Assembly (NCBI GenBank): GCA_025839675.1
Contig: CP104013.1
Coordinates: 3,270,001 to 3,302,000, forward strand
Length of the DNA stretch: 32,000 nucleotides
DNA from: Candidatus Lokiarchaeum ossiferum
GTDB taxonomy: Archaea > Asgardarchaeota > Lokiarchaeia > Sigyniarchaeales > Promethearchaeaceae
Reading direction: 5' to 3'
Position 1 is the first letter of the stretch; each line of letters starts with the position of its first letter. The position numbers were made by a program, and so were the translations under genes. The notes under the pieces are model-generated. The model did not search any database, was not told the DNA's origin, and saw only the letters and a list, made by a program, of their open reading frames with translations. Positions 1 to 8,350 of the stretch are shown here, one piece after another.

Positions 1-222
1 AAAGGCCAAGGGACGATAAGGATGTTGTTCTTGAATAACCCCGTAATGTTGCTCATAGAGGGCTAACTTTGCGGCAGGCACCGAGAGCGTATAGAGGTCA
101 GGAAGAATTCGTGGAGGTACATTTAAACCTCGGAGAAAATCTACAACCTTCGGATGATGGGGGAGAGGCTCCAACACATGACAATTTTCGAGACAGAAGG
201 GAAACTCGGCAAAGGGGGGCAT
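1..222 (-). CDS. 5' part of a hypothetical protein gene running off the left edge (74 codons visible: MPPFAEFPFCLENCHVLEPLPHHPKVVDFLRGLNVPPRILPDLYTLSVPAAKLALYEQHYGVIQEQHPYRPLAF)
   Basis: Own minus-strand translation: ATG at 222-220, open to position 1. It is absent from the ORF track because no stop lies in the window. It is clearly more G+C-rich than the rest of the window. The ATG lies ~27 nt from the TATAAAAA box at 249-257, the spacing expected for a leaderless archaeal transcript. Confidence 0.5.
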   Translation of the reverse strand, partial: MPPFAEFPFCLENCHVLEPLPHHPKVVDFLRGLNVPPRILPDLYTLSVPAAKLALYEQHYGVIQEQHPYRPLAF

Positions 223-247
223 GAATCATCTTTTGGTTTCTAAGAAA

Positions 248-395
248 CTATAAAAAGATCACGATTGTGACAGAATTGAGATTTGCGAGTGGTTTTTATA
301 GATCAAAAGCAGTAGTATGGATGTAACCATTTGAATACAAAAGGATGAAATGACAAAAGTGGCATTCAAACTTTAGTCCACATCTCTTTAAGACC
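248..395 (+). promoter_or_regulatory. Conserved upstream module, copy 1 (CTATAAAAAG TATA box, TCACGATTGTGA inverted repeat, second TATA-like TTTTTATAG, conserved leader) in front of giant gene 1
   Basis: About 90% identical over ~115 nt to 4158-4272 and alignable with 8151-8295. Starts 228 nt upstream of ATG 476, in the same orientation as the gene. Confidence 0.6.
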
Positions 396-475
396 TAAGG
401 ATAATTTTCAGAAAATGTATTCGAAACTGGAAACATGAAATTACTAATAACGCAAAACCAAAAAGTGAAAAAAAT

Positions 476-3400
476 ATGAAACCAAAAAAATTAATCTTCA
501 TCTTTTTTGTAGGAATCCTCATGGTCCCCATCTTCCCCCAAGCGCAACTTTCCTTCGCAAGTGCAACGGTGGGTCAAAGTAATGGAGTCTGGGAAATAAC
601 CTATAATACTGATGATAGTGCAAATGTTGGTCCACTCTATGATGCCAACGGATATACTGCAATTTCCGAGTTAGATCCTGCAAGTTCAACCAATACATGG
701 TACGATTATTCCCCATTAGAAGCAGGACATCAAGAATTAGACTTTGAATGCAATATCAAATTTGAAAATGGAGGTCGGAAACACATTTATCTGTATTTGG
801 ATAACGATCCCTCCCAATATTTCCTACTGCAATATGAAAATGGGGATGTGTTTTCATACACTACAGATAATTGGGTAAAACAAAGCCAAAATATGGATTA
901 TAGTTATAATACTTGGCTGTCGTTTCAGTTAGAACTGATTCAAACCAGCTCCACCACAAAATTATTAACCGTAACTTTAGGAACCGATTCTTTTTCGATC
1001 GAACTGGATAGTGACAGTACTGTTGACGCACTCAAAATGCGCACAATGACGGCCGGAAGTTCCGTCTTCTTTTCTGACGTCGAAGTGTCTTATTTGGAGG
1101 AATCCTGGCAAAGAATTTATCCTGCGGAAAGCTCTGCATCTGCAATACCCCTTAATGATGAAACGGACGATGGACAGCTGTATTCAGATATTTATGAATT
1201 GGAGATGGACGTGGGACTGAATACGTGGTATGAATATACCAAATCGGGAATTGAATACAATTTCTTGCATTTTGATTGCAATTTGAAATTTCTGGATGGA
1301 GGAGCTAGAAAATGGTATTTTTATTTTGATGATGGGGCTTATTTCATTATCAACTTCGAAAATCAATGGATCAGATCATATGTTTCGAATGCTGACGTGC
1401 CAAACTGGGTTTCTCAGAGGTCTTACGGCTATGGGGATTGGAATCATATCGAATTTGATATCGTTCAAAAGAATTCTGTAACGAAAGAATTAAAAATGAG
1501 CATAAATGGGCTCCCATTTACTTATCCTGTCCTTATGTCTAGTGGATTCAATGTGAAAATTGAATACTTAAGAGTGCGTCTTCAAACTAGCGGAAGTCTT
1601 TTGATTTCCGATATGGCAGTCGATAATGATCAGGATGGATTGGATGAGGTTGAGGAAGCTATGCTAGGGTCTGATCCTCTCCTTAAAGATACTGATGGCG
1701 ATTTTGCTTATGATGGGGAAGAAGCCTCTATCTATGGAACGGATCCAACGGTTCCCGATGAGGCAAATGGTTTTACACTGATCTATCCAGAAGGTGGTCC
1801 AGGCAGAGTTGATATTTCCACAGATTCATCTACCGGTTCAAAGATATATCAGCTAAATTCGGAAGGTTCATCTAATACTTGGTTTCAACATCGATTGAAT
1901 GGCCTAAGAGCTCAATCTGTCGGATTTCATTGTAAAATAAAAGTGCATGATTCTCAAGAAAAATACTTGTACTTCTATTTTGACGATGGTGATTATTTCA
2001 TAGTTCGATTTATTAATCTACATCTCTATACCACCTATATTCATAATGGGGTTGGCAACGGGTGGAGGGATCAGTATATTTATTATGGGGACCAGGATTG
2101 GTTGGATTTATCAATCACTATTACTGGAGGACCCAATATCAAAACATTAGATGGATCTTTAGATGGAAATCCCTTTGATGATTCCGAATTCATGTATTCG
2201 AAAGGTGTTTTTGACAAGCTTAAAACCCGCCAAACTGGAACGGATAATTTGTGGAGTTTCACGGAGTTTATGATTGATTCGGATTTGGATGAGTTATCTG
2301 ATGTAGAGGAACTTGATTTAGGCACCGACCCGACGGATGCGGATTCGGATGGGGATGGGTTAACCGATGGAGAAGAAGTCAATAATCATGGCACTAACCC
2401 TCTAGTGGCGGATTCGGATGGTGATAAATTTTCTGATCTCCTCGAAATTCGTGGGAAATTAAATCCTATGGATCCCAGCGATGTATTTACAGATGAATGC
2501 ACCCTTGGAGGTTATGTTCCAAGCGAATGGGTGATTCCAAGCTCAGATGTGGGCATCCAAGCAATACCAAATGATTGGGATGATACTAGTTATTTAAGCG
2601 ACAATTTTATGCTCTCTATCAGTCCCACATATCGGCACGATTCTCGCAGTATAGAAATTCCATTACAACAACTAGATGTCATGGAAAATTTTGCATTTTC
2701 ATGTTATGTTGGGCAAAATTGGTTAGGAGGTGAAGAATCATGGCAAATTTATATTAAAGATACTTCAGGAAAAGGTTTTGCTTTGAACTATAAAGGTGAT
2801 CAATTCTACATTAGTGATACTACACTTCTTTCTTTCAGCTCGGATATTATTCAAGTACCTAATCCAAATAAAATTATGCATGAAATGAGGATAACCTTAA
2901 AATTTGTTGGCGATCATACCGATATTTTCCTATATTTTGCAGATACTTCAATGGGTAACTACTCCATCGAGATGGGAAAAATGTTATCCAAAATCATTGT
3001 TACTCGAACAACGACTTTTAATACTCCTGAGATACCCTCCTTTGGATTTGATAATTTTAAAATAATCCAATGGAAATGGCCTTATTATAAATTGATGGAA
3101 ACTTATCCTTCTAATGAAGGGAGAGATGGGCATTTAACCATTAATAACGTCCAAAAAGGCGTTGGTAAAGGACCTGGGTTCTATGAAATAATGTCCTCTG
3201 TCGATTTTGATCGGAATTGGAATGATGATGGTTTGGAAGGGATGCACTTGGATGGTTCTTTTTGTGATACAGGTTCCTTCAATTTTGTTTCTCATGCAAA
3301 ATTATTTGATATATTCGGGACTGGAATTACCCAACCTCAATCAAGTATAACTAAAATGGAACTTGATTTAAAGATCAATGGTCCTGATGGTCCTATCGAT

Positions 3401-3961
3401 TTATCTACAGCAAATGGAATCAGTAATCTAATAGATCCATACTTAATTAACATGATTGAAAATTTGGACACTATTACAGATTTAAATGAGGTTACTGAAA
3501 TTCTTGAAGGAGTTGGGACACTCTACCAAGTAACAGAACAATTATTAGATATGTATGATACCGTACCTGAATCACTTCAAGATGTTTTGGGACCAATTTC
3601 CCTGGTTATGGATCTTGTGGGTTTTTATTCTGAGGAAAATACACCACATCCCGAGTGGACTTGTGATACATTAGATAATGATCCTTATACCTATCAAGTC
3701 AAATATGACTTTGATTTCGTATCTGGAGTTTCTTGGGGTAGTACAAATTTTGCTATGGGATTTAATTTAAATTTTTACGAAGTAATTGAACATCTTGAAG
3801 AAACAATGGATATTGGTGACAGATACACTTTTACGATAACTCAAAGAACATTCTTGACTGGGATTTCCTATAATTGGATCTTTGGAAGATGGGAAGAATC
3901 CACAGAAATTATGGTTGAAGATACTTTTAAATTTGAACTCACATCCACCGATTCTTTTTAG
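476..3961 (+). CDS. Giant secreted multidomain protein 1 (1161 aa): signal peptide, 4 ConA/LamG-like modules, two TSP3-like Ca-binding repeat blocks, ~290-aa C-terminal domain of unknown function
   Basis: Long uninterrupted ORF. The N-terminus MKPKKLIFIFFVGILMVPIFPQAQLSFASA looks like a signal peptide. Repeated ~170-190 aa beta-rich modules share NTW[YF]...F.C.[IL]KF..GG.[RK]K..Y.YFDDG.YF and end in D[ND][FIV]x[IV]. DxDxDG motifs are present (DNDQDGLDEVEE, DTDGDFAYDGEE, DADSDGDGLTDGEE, DSDGDKFSDLLE). Confidence 0.9.
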   Translation: MKPKKLIFIFFVGILMVPIFPQAQLSFASATVGQSNGVWEITYNTDDSANVGPLYDANGYTAISELDPASSTNTWYDYSPLEAGHQELDFECNIKFENGGRKHIYLYLDNDPSQYFLLQYENGDVFSYTTDNWVKQSQNMDYSYNTWLSFQLELIQTSSTTKLLTVTLGTDSFSIELDSDSTVDALKMRTMTAGSSVFFSDVEVSYLEESWQRIYPAESSASAIPLNDETDDGQLYSDIYELEMDVGLNTWYEYTKSGIEYNFLHFDCNLKFLDGGARKWYFYFDDGAYFIINFENQWIRSYVSNADVPNWVSQRSYGYGDWNHIEFDIVQKNSVTKELKMSINGLPFTYPVLMSSGFNVKIEYLRVRLQTSGSLLISDMAVDNDQDGLDEVEEAMLGSDPLLKDTDGDFAYDGEEASIYGTDPTVPDEANGFTLIYPEGGPGRVDISTDSSTGSKIYQLNSEGSSNTWFQHRLNGLRAQSVGFHCKIKVHDSQEKYLYFYFDDGDYFIVRFINLHLYTTYIHNGVGNGWRDQYIYYGDQDWLDLSITITGGPNIKTLDGSLDGNPFDDSEFMYSKGVFDKLKTRQTGTDNLWSFTEFMIDSDLDELSDVEELDLGTDPTDADSDGDGLTDGEEVNNHGTNPLVADSDGDKFSDLLEIRGKLNPMDPSDVFTDECTLGGYVPSEWVIPSSDVGIQAIPNDWDDTSYLSDNFMLSISPTYRHDSRSIEIPLQQLDVMENFAFSCYVGQNWLGGEESWQIYIKDTSGKGFALNYKGDQFYISDTTLLSFSSDIIQVPNPNKIMHEMRITLKFVGDHTDIFLYFADTSMGNYSIEMGKMLSKIIVTRTTTFNTPEIPSFGFDNFKIIQWKWPYYKLMETYPSNEGRDGHLTINNVQKGVGKGPGFYEIMSSVDFDRNWNDDGLEGMHLDGSFCDTGSFNFVSHAKLFDIFGTGITQPQSSITKMELDLKINGPDGPIDLSTANGISNLIDPYLINMIENLDTITDLNEVTEILEGVGTLYQVTEQLLDMYDTVPESLQDVLGPISLVMDLVGFYSEENTPHPEWTCDTLDNDPYTYQVKYDFDFVSGVSWGSTNFAMGFNLNFYEVIEHLEETMDIGDRYTFTITQRTFLTGISYNWIFGRWEESTEIMVEDTFKFELTSTDSF
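1628..1771 (+). repeat. TSP3-like Ca-binding repeat block 1 of giant protein 1 (within CDS)
   Basis: Translation DNDQDGLDEVEEAMLGSDPLLKDTDGDFAYDGEEASIYGTDPTVPDE shows the DxDxDGxxDxxE pattern of thrombospondin type-3 repeats. Confidence 0.7.
2276..2483 (+). repeat. TSP3-like Ca-binding repeat block 2 of giant protein 1 (within CDS)
   Basis: Translation DSDLDELSDVEELDLGTDPTDADSDGDGLTDGEEVNNHGTNPLVADSDGDKFSDLLE. Contains the GC-rich conserved DNA island at 2321-2359. Confidence 0.8.
2321..2359 (+). repeat. GC-rich conserved DNA island, copy A (GGCACCGACCCGACGGATGCGGATTCGGATGGGGATGGG)
   Basis: Differs at only ~4 positions from the identical 39-mers at 6500-6538 and 9653-9691. Uses CCG/ACG/GCG/TCG codons, which look rare elsewhere in this AT-rich window. 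Confidence 0.85.
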
Positions 3962-4010
3962 ATTTTTATTGCTTTTTTTTTCTCAGGCTATAAGTATATT
4001 TTTTTTCTCA
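3962..4010 (+). terminator. Oligo-T tracts downstream of giant gene 1 (putative archaeal terminator)
   Basis: T5, T9 and T8 runs lie directly after stop codon 3959-3961. Archaeal RNA polymerase terminates at oligo-T tracts. Confidence 0.45.
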
Positions 4011-4157
4011 TTTTTGATAATATTTTCTTGATTTAAACGGAGAAAATATGAGTTATGAAATTTTGATGAAAATCAAGAAATTCTTTTCATTATGAAAACC
4101 CGAAAAATAAGAAGAAAAACATCTTTCCGAAACATCCATTGATATCTCATCAAGCAC

Positions 4158-4300
4158 CTATAAAAAGATCACGATTGTGATAGTTGTGCAAATTGCGAGT
4201 GGTTTTTATAGATCAAAAGCAGTATTATGGATGTAACCATTTGAATACAAAAGGATAAATGGACAAAAGTGAGAAACCGATTTTTGTTCCACATCTCCTT
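4158..4300 (+). promoter_or_regulatory. Conserved upstream module, copy 2, in front of giant gene 2
   Basis: CTATAAAAAGATCACGATTGTGA...GCGAGTGGTTTTTATAGATCAAAAGCAGTATTATGGATGTAACCATTTGAATACAAAAGGAT. About 90% identical to copy 1. Starts 212 nt upstream of ATG 4370. Confidence 0.6.
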
Positions 4301-4369
4301 AATAGTAATTTTTCAATATCCTTTTTGTATTCTACTTGAACAATATTTAAAAGAAAAAAGGTAAACATA

Positions 4370-7300
4370 ATGAATCAAAAAAAAAGACTGCTATCGTTAT
4401 ATGCGTTGCTTCTTTTGACCTGTTCCGCCTTAATATATACTAATATGGGAACTGGGGTCGCAGAAATCAATATTTCAGAATGGACAAATGTGCCAAATTA
4501 TGGTCCTTCGGAATTATCCAATTTCATGGATGAAGATCGAGGGGAGGTAATGAAAATATATGATGCCGGATGGGGATTAGTCCAAAAGGATATAATTCCG
4601 CAATATATTGCAGGAAACAAAATTTGGTATTCCTATTGCGTGAAAGTAACTGGTGGGGAATCGAATGATTATGGGGGGGTGAATTTAAGCCCATCTACCA
4701 TCAACACTGGGGCCGTAGGAATGCGAATTCATGCGGGAACGAGTTTAAAATATTGGCTTGGAGATGGACAAGAGCATGATACATTCATTGACGTAGAAAC
4801 AGATCAATGGTACCACATAGGATGTTCATATGAGTCTGATGGTCAATTCGAAGCATATTTGGATGGGGAGATGATCCTTTCAGAACAAGCCAAGCCTATC
4901 AGCAATTTAAATTATGTTTATGCTGCAACATGCTCCCAATCAACTTTTCTGGATGATATCTATGTTGGAGTTTCTAAGGATGAAGCATTTAATAGTTTCC
5001 AAGATGAAGTAACTACCATACTAATTGATGATTTTTCGGAAGATTCGATTGGGTTTTTACCCTTAGATTGGGAACTAACTGCAGGCGGATATTCATCTTT
5101 TAGAACTGTAGAACTAGCCGAATCTCCATATGATCAGGTTTTAAGAATCTATGATTATGGACAAATTCCCACCGTATACTCAAAAGTGGAAAAAAAAATT
5201 CCCGCTGGTTTTGGATCTATTGAATGGGATTTAAAAACAGATTCACCAGGAAATAATAATGGTTATTTCGGATTGATGGAAGGGGATAATTGGTTGATAT
5301 CGATTGGGATAATAAATAATCAATTCAGAGTTTATTACCACAATGATCATGCTTCGTATAGTGTCTACGACACAAACGTTGTTGCTTCAAATCAATGGAC
5401 CCACCTTAAAATGGAGTATGATGGCGAGCAAGATGATTGTCGAATATTTGTTAATGGGGTTGAGGTAAGAAGTACACCATTCAATACAAAATATGCCTCT
5501 TTTGTTGATGGTCTATATTTACACTCAGGAGAAACTGGATCTGGAAAAAGTTATTATGACAACATTCAAGTGAACTGGGTAAAACAGCGTGTGGATTCTT
5601 TTATGGAATATGCTGGCATTATCAATTTTGATGATAGTTACAATCAAGATCCTCTAGCAAGCTGTCAAGAATGGTCTTCCGATGTTAATTCGGGCTATCA
5701 AATCCTAGATGCAGTGACCACACACTCAAGTGTATTGGCAATAACCGATTTAGTTTCTTCTTCGAGCTGCTTTACAAAACTAAACATTAATACTCCTTTA
5801 GGGGTTGGAGGCTGTGTAGAAGGATGGATATCTGGATCGAGTATCATAAATAATGCGTATATGGGCATTAATTTTGGGGATAATTACTGGTTATTGTCCG
5901 TGGGGATCAATAATGGTCATTTTAAAGTTTATCATCGAACGAGCTATTCAACATATAGTACCGCTGTTTCTACCATAGAAGCAAATCCAAATCAATGGTA
6001 TTTTGTTTGTTTATATTATGATGGTATGTCTGATATTTGTACTGTATCGATAAATGGTGTTACTATTGGACAATATAGTCTTTATGACGTTGCTGGAATT
6101 ACATCAATATATCTCCATTCGGGAGAAAATGGGGGGGGTACAAGTTACTATGACTCAATTTCGTATGATTGGGCAAATGAATATGATGCAGGAGATGCAA
6201 GAATAATAGACTTCGATAGGGACCATTTAAGCCACAAGTATGAAGAGACCCATATTTATGAATCTGGATTAAAAACTTCTCCTTGGAAATGTGATTCTGA
6301 TAATGATAGGGTAAATGATTGGGATGAAATCTGTGGTATCTACGGATATATTACTGATCCAACTCGGATTGACTCTGAACCGATTGGATCTGAAGATGGG
6401 CTGAATGATTATTTAGAATTATTTAGATATCATACCGATCCAACTCACTATGATTCTGACCGTGATGGGCTGACTGATGGAGATGAAGTCAACTTATATG
6501 GCACCGACCCGACCACGGCGGATTCGGATGGGGATGGGTTGACCGATGGGGAAGAAATAAATGGGTATGATATGATGTATCTAGACGAGCTTTATCATGA
6601 ACATAAATATGCAACATATTATACAAATCCGCTTCTTGTTGATTCAGATAATGATAATTGGAGTGATAAGCAAGAACTTGATTTGATACAAGCTGATTTA
6701 GATCAAATTCATGAACCTAATCCTGCGGTAGATAACTATCGGTATTTAGATCCAATGTGCCGAGATAGTGATTTAGATTTTCTTCCCGATGGATGGGAAG
6801 AATATTATGGACTCGATCCTTGTGAATATAATTCAGAGCTGGAATTAATCGAAAACAATGTTCCTGATATATATTATTTCTTTGCGCCAATTCAAGAACC
6901 AGATCAAGAACGGGTCTCGGGATTGCGAATTGCCTTGATATTCATTAATCCAGACATAGTTTCGCCAAGTTGGGCAAATTATTACTCTCGAGTCTTCGAT
7001 AAGCTAAATTATGATGTAGTGCATGTTTATACAGGTTACACCCGAAATCAGTTTTATAATGAATTGTATCAGTGGACACCCCTTATTCAAGCGGATGATG
7101 AATTATTTATAATGATCCAAGGACATGGGCTGGTGGAGGACAATGAAGAAGAAACTCCGTTGGCGTATTTCACTCTTTATGATGACGATGAGGTGTTTGA
7201 CCAGGATGTTGGTGAAATTTCGGGACAAGAGTTTTTAAATCGATTGAAGTTATTTAGTGCCTACAGGAAATGTGTGTTTTTTGATACCTGTTTCGCTGGA

Positions 7301-7618
7301 AAAGTGCTTGAAAATTTCGATTCGGAAATAACTAAAGTCTTTCAAACTACTGATGCCACCCACGCACAGTATAGAACAGTCAGCAAATTTGATAAGATTA
7401 TGCAGAATGCTAAGTGGGAGAAAAGAAATACTTATGTTGCATCATTTTTCTGGGATACTTTAGGTGCAACCACTCTAAGTGAAGATCCAATTTTCAAATA
7501 TATTCAGGCGGATTTGGCATTTGGTTCTCTTTTACCGTGGAGTCGAACGGGTTATCAAGGAGGAACTATTTTGAATCCGGGCTGGAATTATTTGGAACGT
7601 TATAATATATTTGTCTAA
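4370..7618 (+). CDS. Giant secreted multidomain protein 2 (1082 aa): signal/anchor segment, 3 LamG-like modules, long TSP3-like repeat region, C-terminal caspase-like (clan CD) peptidase domain
   Basis: Long ORF with hydrophobic N-terminus LLSLYALLLLTCSALIYTNMGTGVA. LamG-type signatures: QWYHIGCSYESDGQFEAYLDGE, NQWTHLKMEYDGEQDDCRIFVNGVEV, NQWYFVCLYYDGMSDICTVSINGV. TSP3 motifs: DSDRDGLTDGDE, DSDGDGLTDGEE, DSDNDNWSDKQE. The C-terminus carries an H-G / D-x-C-x-x-G dyad. Confidence 0.9.
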   Translation: MNQKKRLLSLYALLLLTCSALIYTNMGTGVAEINISEWTNVPNYGPSELSNFMDEDRGEVMKIYDAGWGLVQKDIIPQYIAGNKIWYSYCVKVTGGESNDYGGVNLSPSTINTGAVGMRIHAGTSLKYWLGDGQEHDTFIDVETDQWYHIGCSYESDGQFEAYLDGEMILSEQAKPISNLNYVYAATCSQSTFLDDIYVGVSKDEAFNSFQDEVTTILIDDFSEDSIGFLPLDWELTAGGYSSFRTVELAESPYDQVLRIYDYGQIPTVYSKVEKKIPAGFGSIEWDLKTDSPGNNNGYFGLMEGDNWLISIGIINNQFRVYYHNDHASYSVYDTNVVASNQWTHLKMEYDGEQDDCRIFVNGVEVRSTPFNTKYASFVDGLYLHSGETGSGKSYYDNIQVNWVKQRVDSFMEYAGIINFDDSYNQDPLASCQEWSSDVNSGYQILDAVTTHSSVLAITDLVSSSSCFTKLNINTPLGVGGCVEGWISGSSIINNAYMGINFGDNYWLLSVGINNGHFKVYHRTSYSTYSTAVSTIEANPNQWYFVCLYYDGMSDICTVSINGVTIGQYSLYDVAGITSIYLHSGENGGGTSYYDSISYDWANEYDAGDARIIDFDRDHLSHKYEETHIYESGLKTSPWKCDSDNDRVNDWDEICGIYGYITDPTRIDSEPIGSEDGLNDYLELFRYHTDPTHYDSDRDGLTDGDEVNLYGTDPTTADSDGDGLTDGEEINGYDMMYLDELYHEHKYATYYTNPLLVDSDNDNWSDKQELDLIQADLDQIHEPNPAVDNYRYLDPMCRDSDLDFLPDGWEEYYGLDPCEYNSELELIENNVPDIYYFFAPIQEPDQERVSGLRIALIFINPDIVSPSWANYYSRVFDKLNYDVVHVYTGYTRNQFYNELYQWTPLIQADDELFIMIQGHGLVEDNEEETPLAYFTLYDDDEVFDQDVGEISGQEFLNRLKLFSAYRKCVFFDTCFAGKVLENFDSEITKVFQTTDATHAQYRTVSKFDKIMQNAKWEKRNTYVASFFWDTLGATTLSEDPIFKYIQADLAFGSLLPWSRTGYQGGTILNPGWNYLERYNIFV
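6290..6833 (+). repeat. TSP3-like Ca-binding repeat region of giant protein 2 (within CDS)
   Basis: Translation CDSDNDRVNDWDE...YDSDRDGLTDGDEVNLYGTDPTTADSDGDGLTDGEE...VDSDNDNWSDKQE...RDSDLDFLPDGWEE. Confidence 0.8.
6500..6538 (+). repeat. GC-rich conserved DNA island, copy B (GGCACCGACCCGACCACGGCGGATTCGGATGGGGATGGG)
   Basis: Read directly: 39/39 identical to 9653-9691, although the flanking codons and the rest of the two genes are highly diverged. Confidence 0.9.
6911..7420 (+). other. Caspase-hemoglobinase fold (peptidase clan CD: caspase/metacaspase/legumain-like) domain at the C-terminus of giant protein 2
   Basis: The order of elements fits the fold: RIALIFINPD (beta1), then ...VHVYTGYTRNQFYNEL..., then DELFIMIQGHG (His919, codon 7124-7126), then KCVFFDTCFAGK (Cys974, codon 7289-7291). 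The His-Gly and D-x-C-x-x-G motifs are ~55 residues apart, as in clan CD cysteine peptidases. Confidence 0.6.
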
Positions 7619-7628
7619 ATTTCGGGAT

Positions 7629-7659
7629 AGTGAGTAGTTTTGCTCTCACTTTTTTTTTA
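7629..7659 (+). terminator. Hairpin (AGTGAG...CTCACT) plus T9 tract after giant gene 2
   Basis: An inverted repeat at 7629-7634 / 7645-7650 is followed by TTTTTTTTT at 7650-7659. It overlaps the 3' end (KKK codons) of the convergent gene 7646-7984. Confidence 0.4.
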
Positions 7660-7984
7660 TTTCTTCTGCATTTAATGAATCCCCAAAAATGATTTCCTTA
7701 CGCTTTCTATCAACCAACCGCAAATTTCCCGTAAATAAGGGCATATGAAGCCACGTATTTAATAATTTTTCCCCTCCCAGTACATGATCCCATGATTTTA
7801 ATATTGTTCTTTCGTTTTTCGATATTTTCGCAAGGCACGAGCTACAAAAAAAAATAGGTAATGGATATGGAATGGAATTATTGGGTCTTTTTTCGGTTAC
7901 CGTAATAAATGGGGACATATCAGCACGCCACTGTTGACATATGTAACATAAGTTTTTGGAAGGTACTTTGTTTTTGGCCATCAA
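7646..7984 (-). CDS. Hypothetical small protein with two CxxC pairs (possible zinc ribbon)
   Basis: 112-codon ORF. CYIC...(35 aa)...CSSC suggests a Zn-binding knuckle pair. The first codon is TTG followed directly by ATG. No family recognised. Confidence 0.45.
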   Translation of the reverse strand: MMAKNKVPSKNLCYICQQWRADMSPFITVTEKRPNNSIPYPLPIFFCSSCLAKISKNERTILKSWDHVLGGEKLLNTWLHMPLFTGNLRLVDRKRKEIIFGDSLNAEEIKKK

Positions 7985-8054
7985 TGTTAGCTATGAAGGG
8001 CAGACTATTGAAATTTTTGGCGAACTTCTACTCCTTGGTCTTTCTGAAATTCAC

Positions 8055-8126
8055 TTAGTTTATATTGATGATGAGCCGTAAATTCCAATTCTCGAGATCG
8101 AAGGGGACCTCGGAGGGGAGGGGCAT
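8055..8126 (-). pseudogene. Truncated remnant (23 codons, MPLPSEVPFDLENWNLRLIININ*) of the gene whose intact 5' end is at 222-1
   Basis: Own translation. It has the same position and orientation relative to upstream-module copy 3 as ORF 1-222 has to copy 1. Compare the N-termini MPPFAEFPFCLEN and MPLPSEVPFDLEN. It is also locally GC-rich. Confidence 0.5.
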
Positions 8127-8150
8127 GAATCGCCCTATGTTTTTGGGATG

Positions 8151-8295
8151 CTATAAAAAAAACTCGCTTGTGACAGAAGTGTAAATTTCGTGTGGTTTTT
8201 ATAGATCAAAGTCAATATTAAGCATGTAGCCATTTGAATGCAAAAGGATGAAATGACAAAACTGGAATTCAAGCTATCGTCTTTGCCTCTTCCAT
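8151..8295 (+). promoter_or_regulatory. Conserved upstream module, copy 3 (diverged), in front of giant gene 3
   Basis: CTATAAAAAAAACTCGCTTGTGACAG...GTGTGGTTTTTATAGATCAAAGTC...CATTTGAATGCAAAAGGATGAAATGACAAAACTGG aligns along its length with copies 1 and 2. Starts 200 nt upstream of ATG 8351. Confidence 0.55.
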
Positions 8296-8350
8296 TCCTC
8301 ACCTTGATTTTCTGCCAAAAGTTCTTCAATGGGATACAGTGTGATAAAAA

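Noticed and set aside
345-353. Minimal upstream ORF ATG-AAA-TGA (preceded by AAAAGG) inside the conserved leader. It is also at 8248-8256, and as ATG-AAC-TGA at 13885-13877 on the minus strand.
   Set aside because: It is present in only 3 of 5 module copies. Copy 2 has a compensating indel (GGATAAATGGAC) that destroys it and opens a different 26-codon frame, and copy 4 has an unrelated ATGCAAAGTAGTCACTAA. Conservation looks like conservation of the nucleotide core, not of a start-stop uORF.
519-3000. Short ORFs antisense to, or out of frame within, giant gene 1 (519-716, 1184-1366, 1296-1481, 2083-2382). Equivalents lie inside genes 3 and 4 (9510-10539, 16989-17228, 17987-18436, 18858-19040, 19910-20131).
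   Set aside because: They are fully embedded in much longer ORFs with clear domain content. Their sequences are low-complexity mirror images of the sense frame; for example, the Ser/Pro-rich 2083-2382 and 17987-18436 are the reverse reading of the Asp/Gly TSP3 repeats.
8060-8130. TGATGATGA at ~8067 as a possible C box of a C/D box sRNA.
   Set aside because: No D box (CUGA) or C'/D' motifs lie at a suitable distance on that strand. The region is better explained as the relic of the divergent GC-rich gene.
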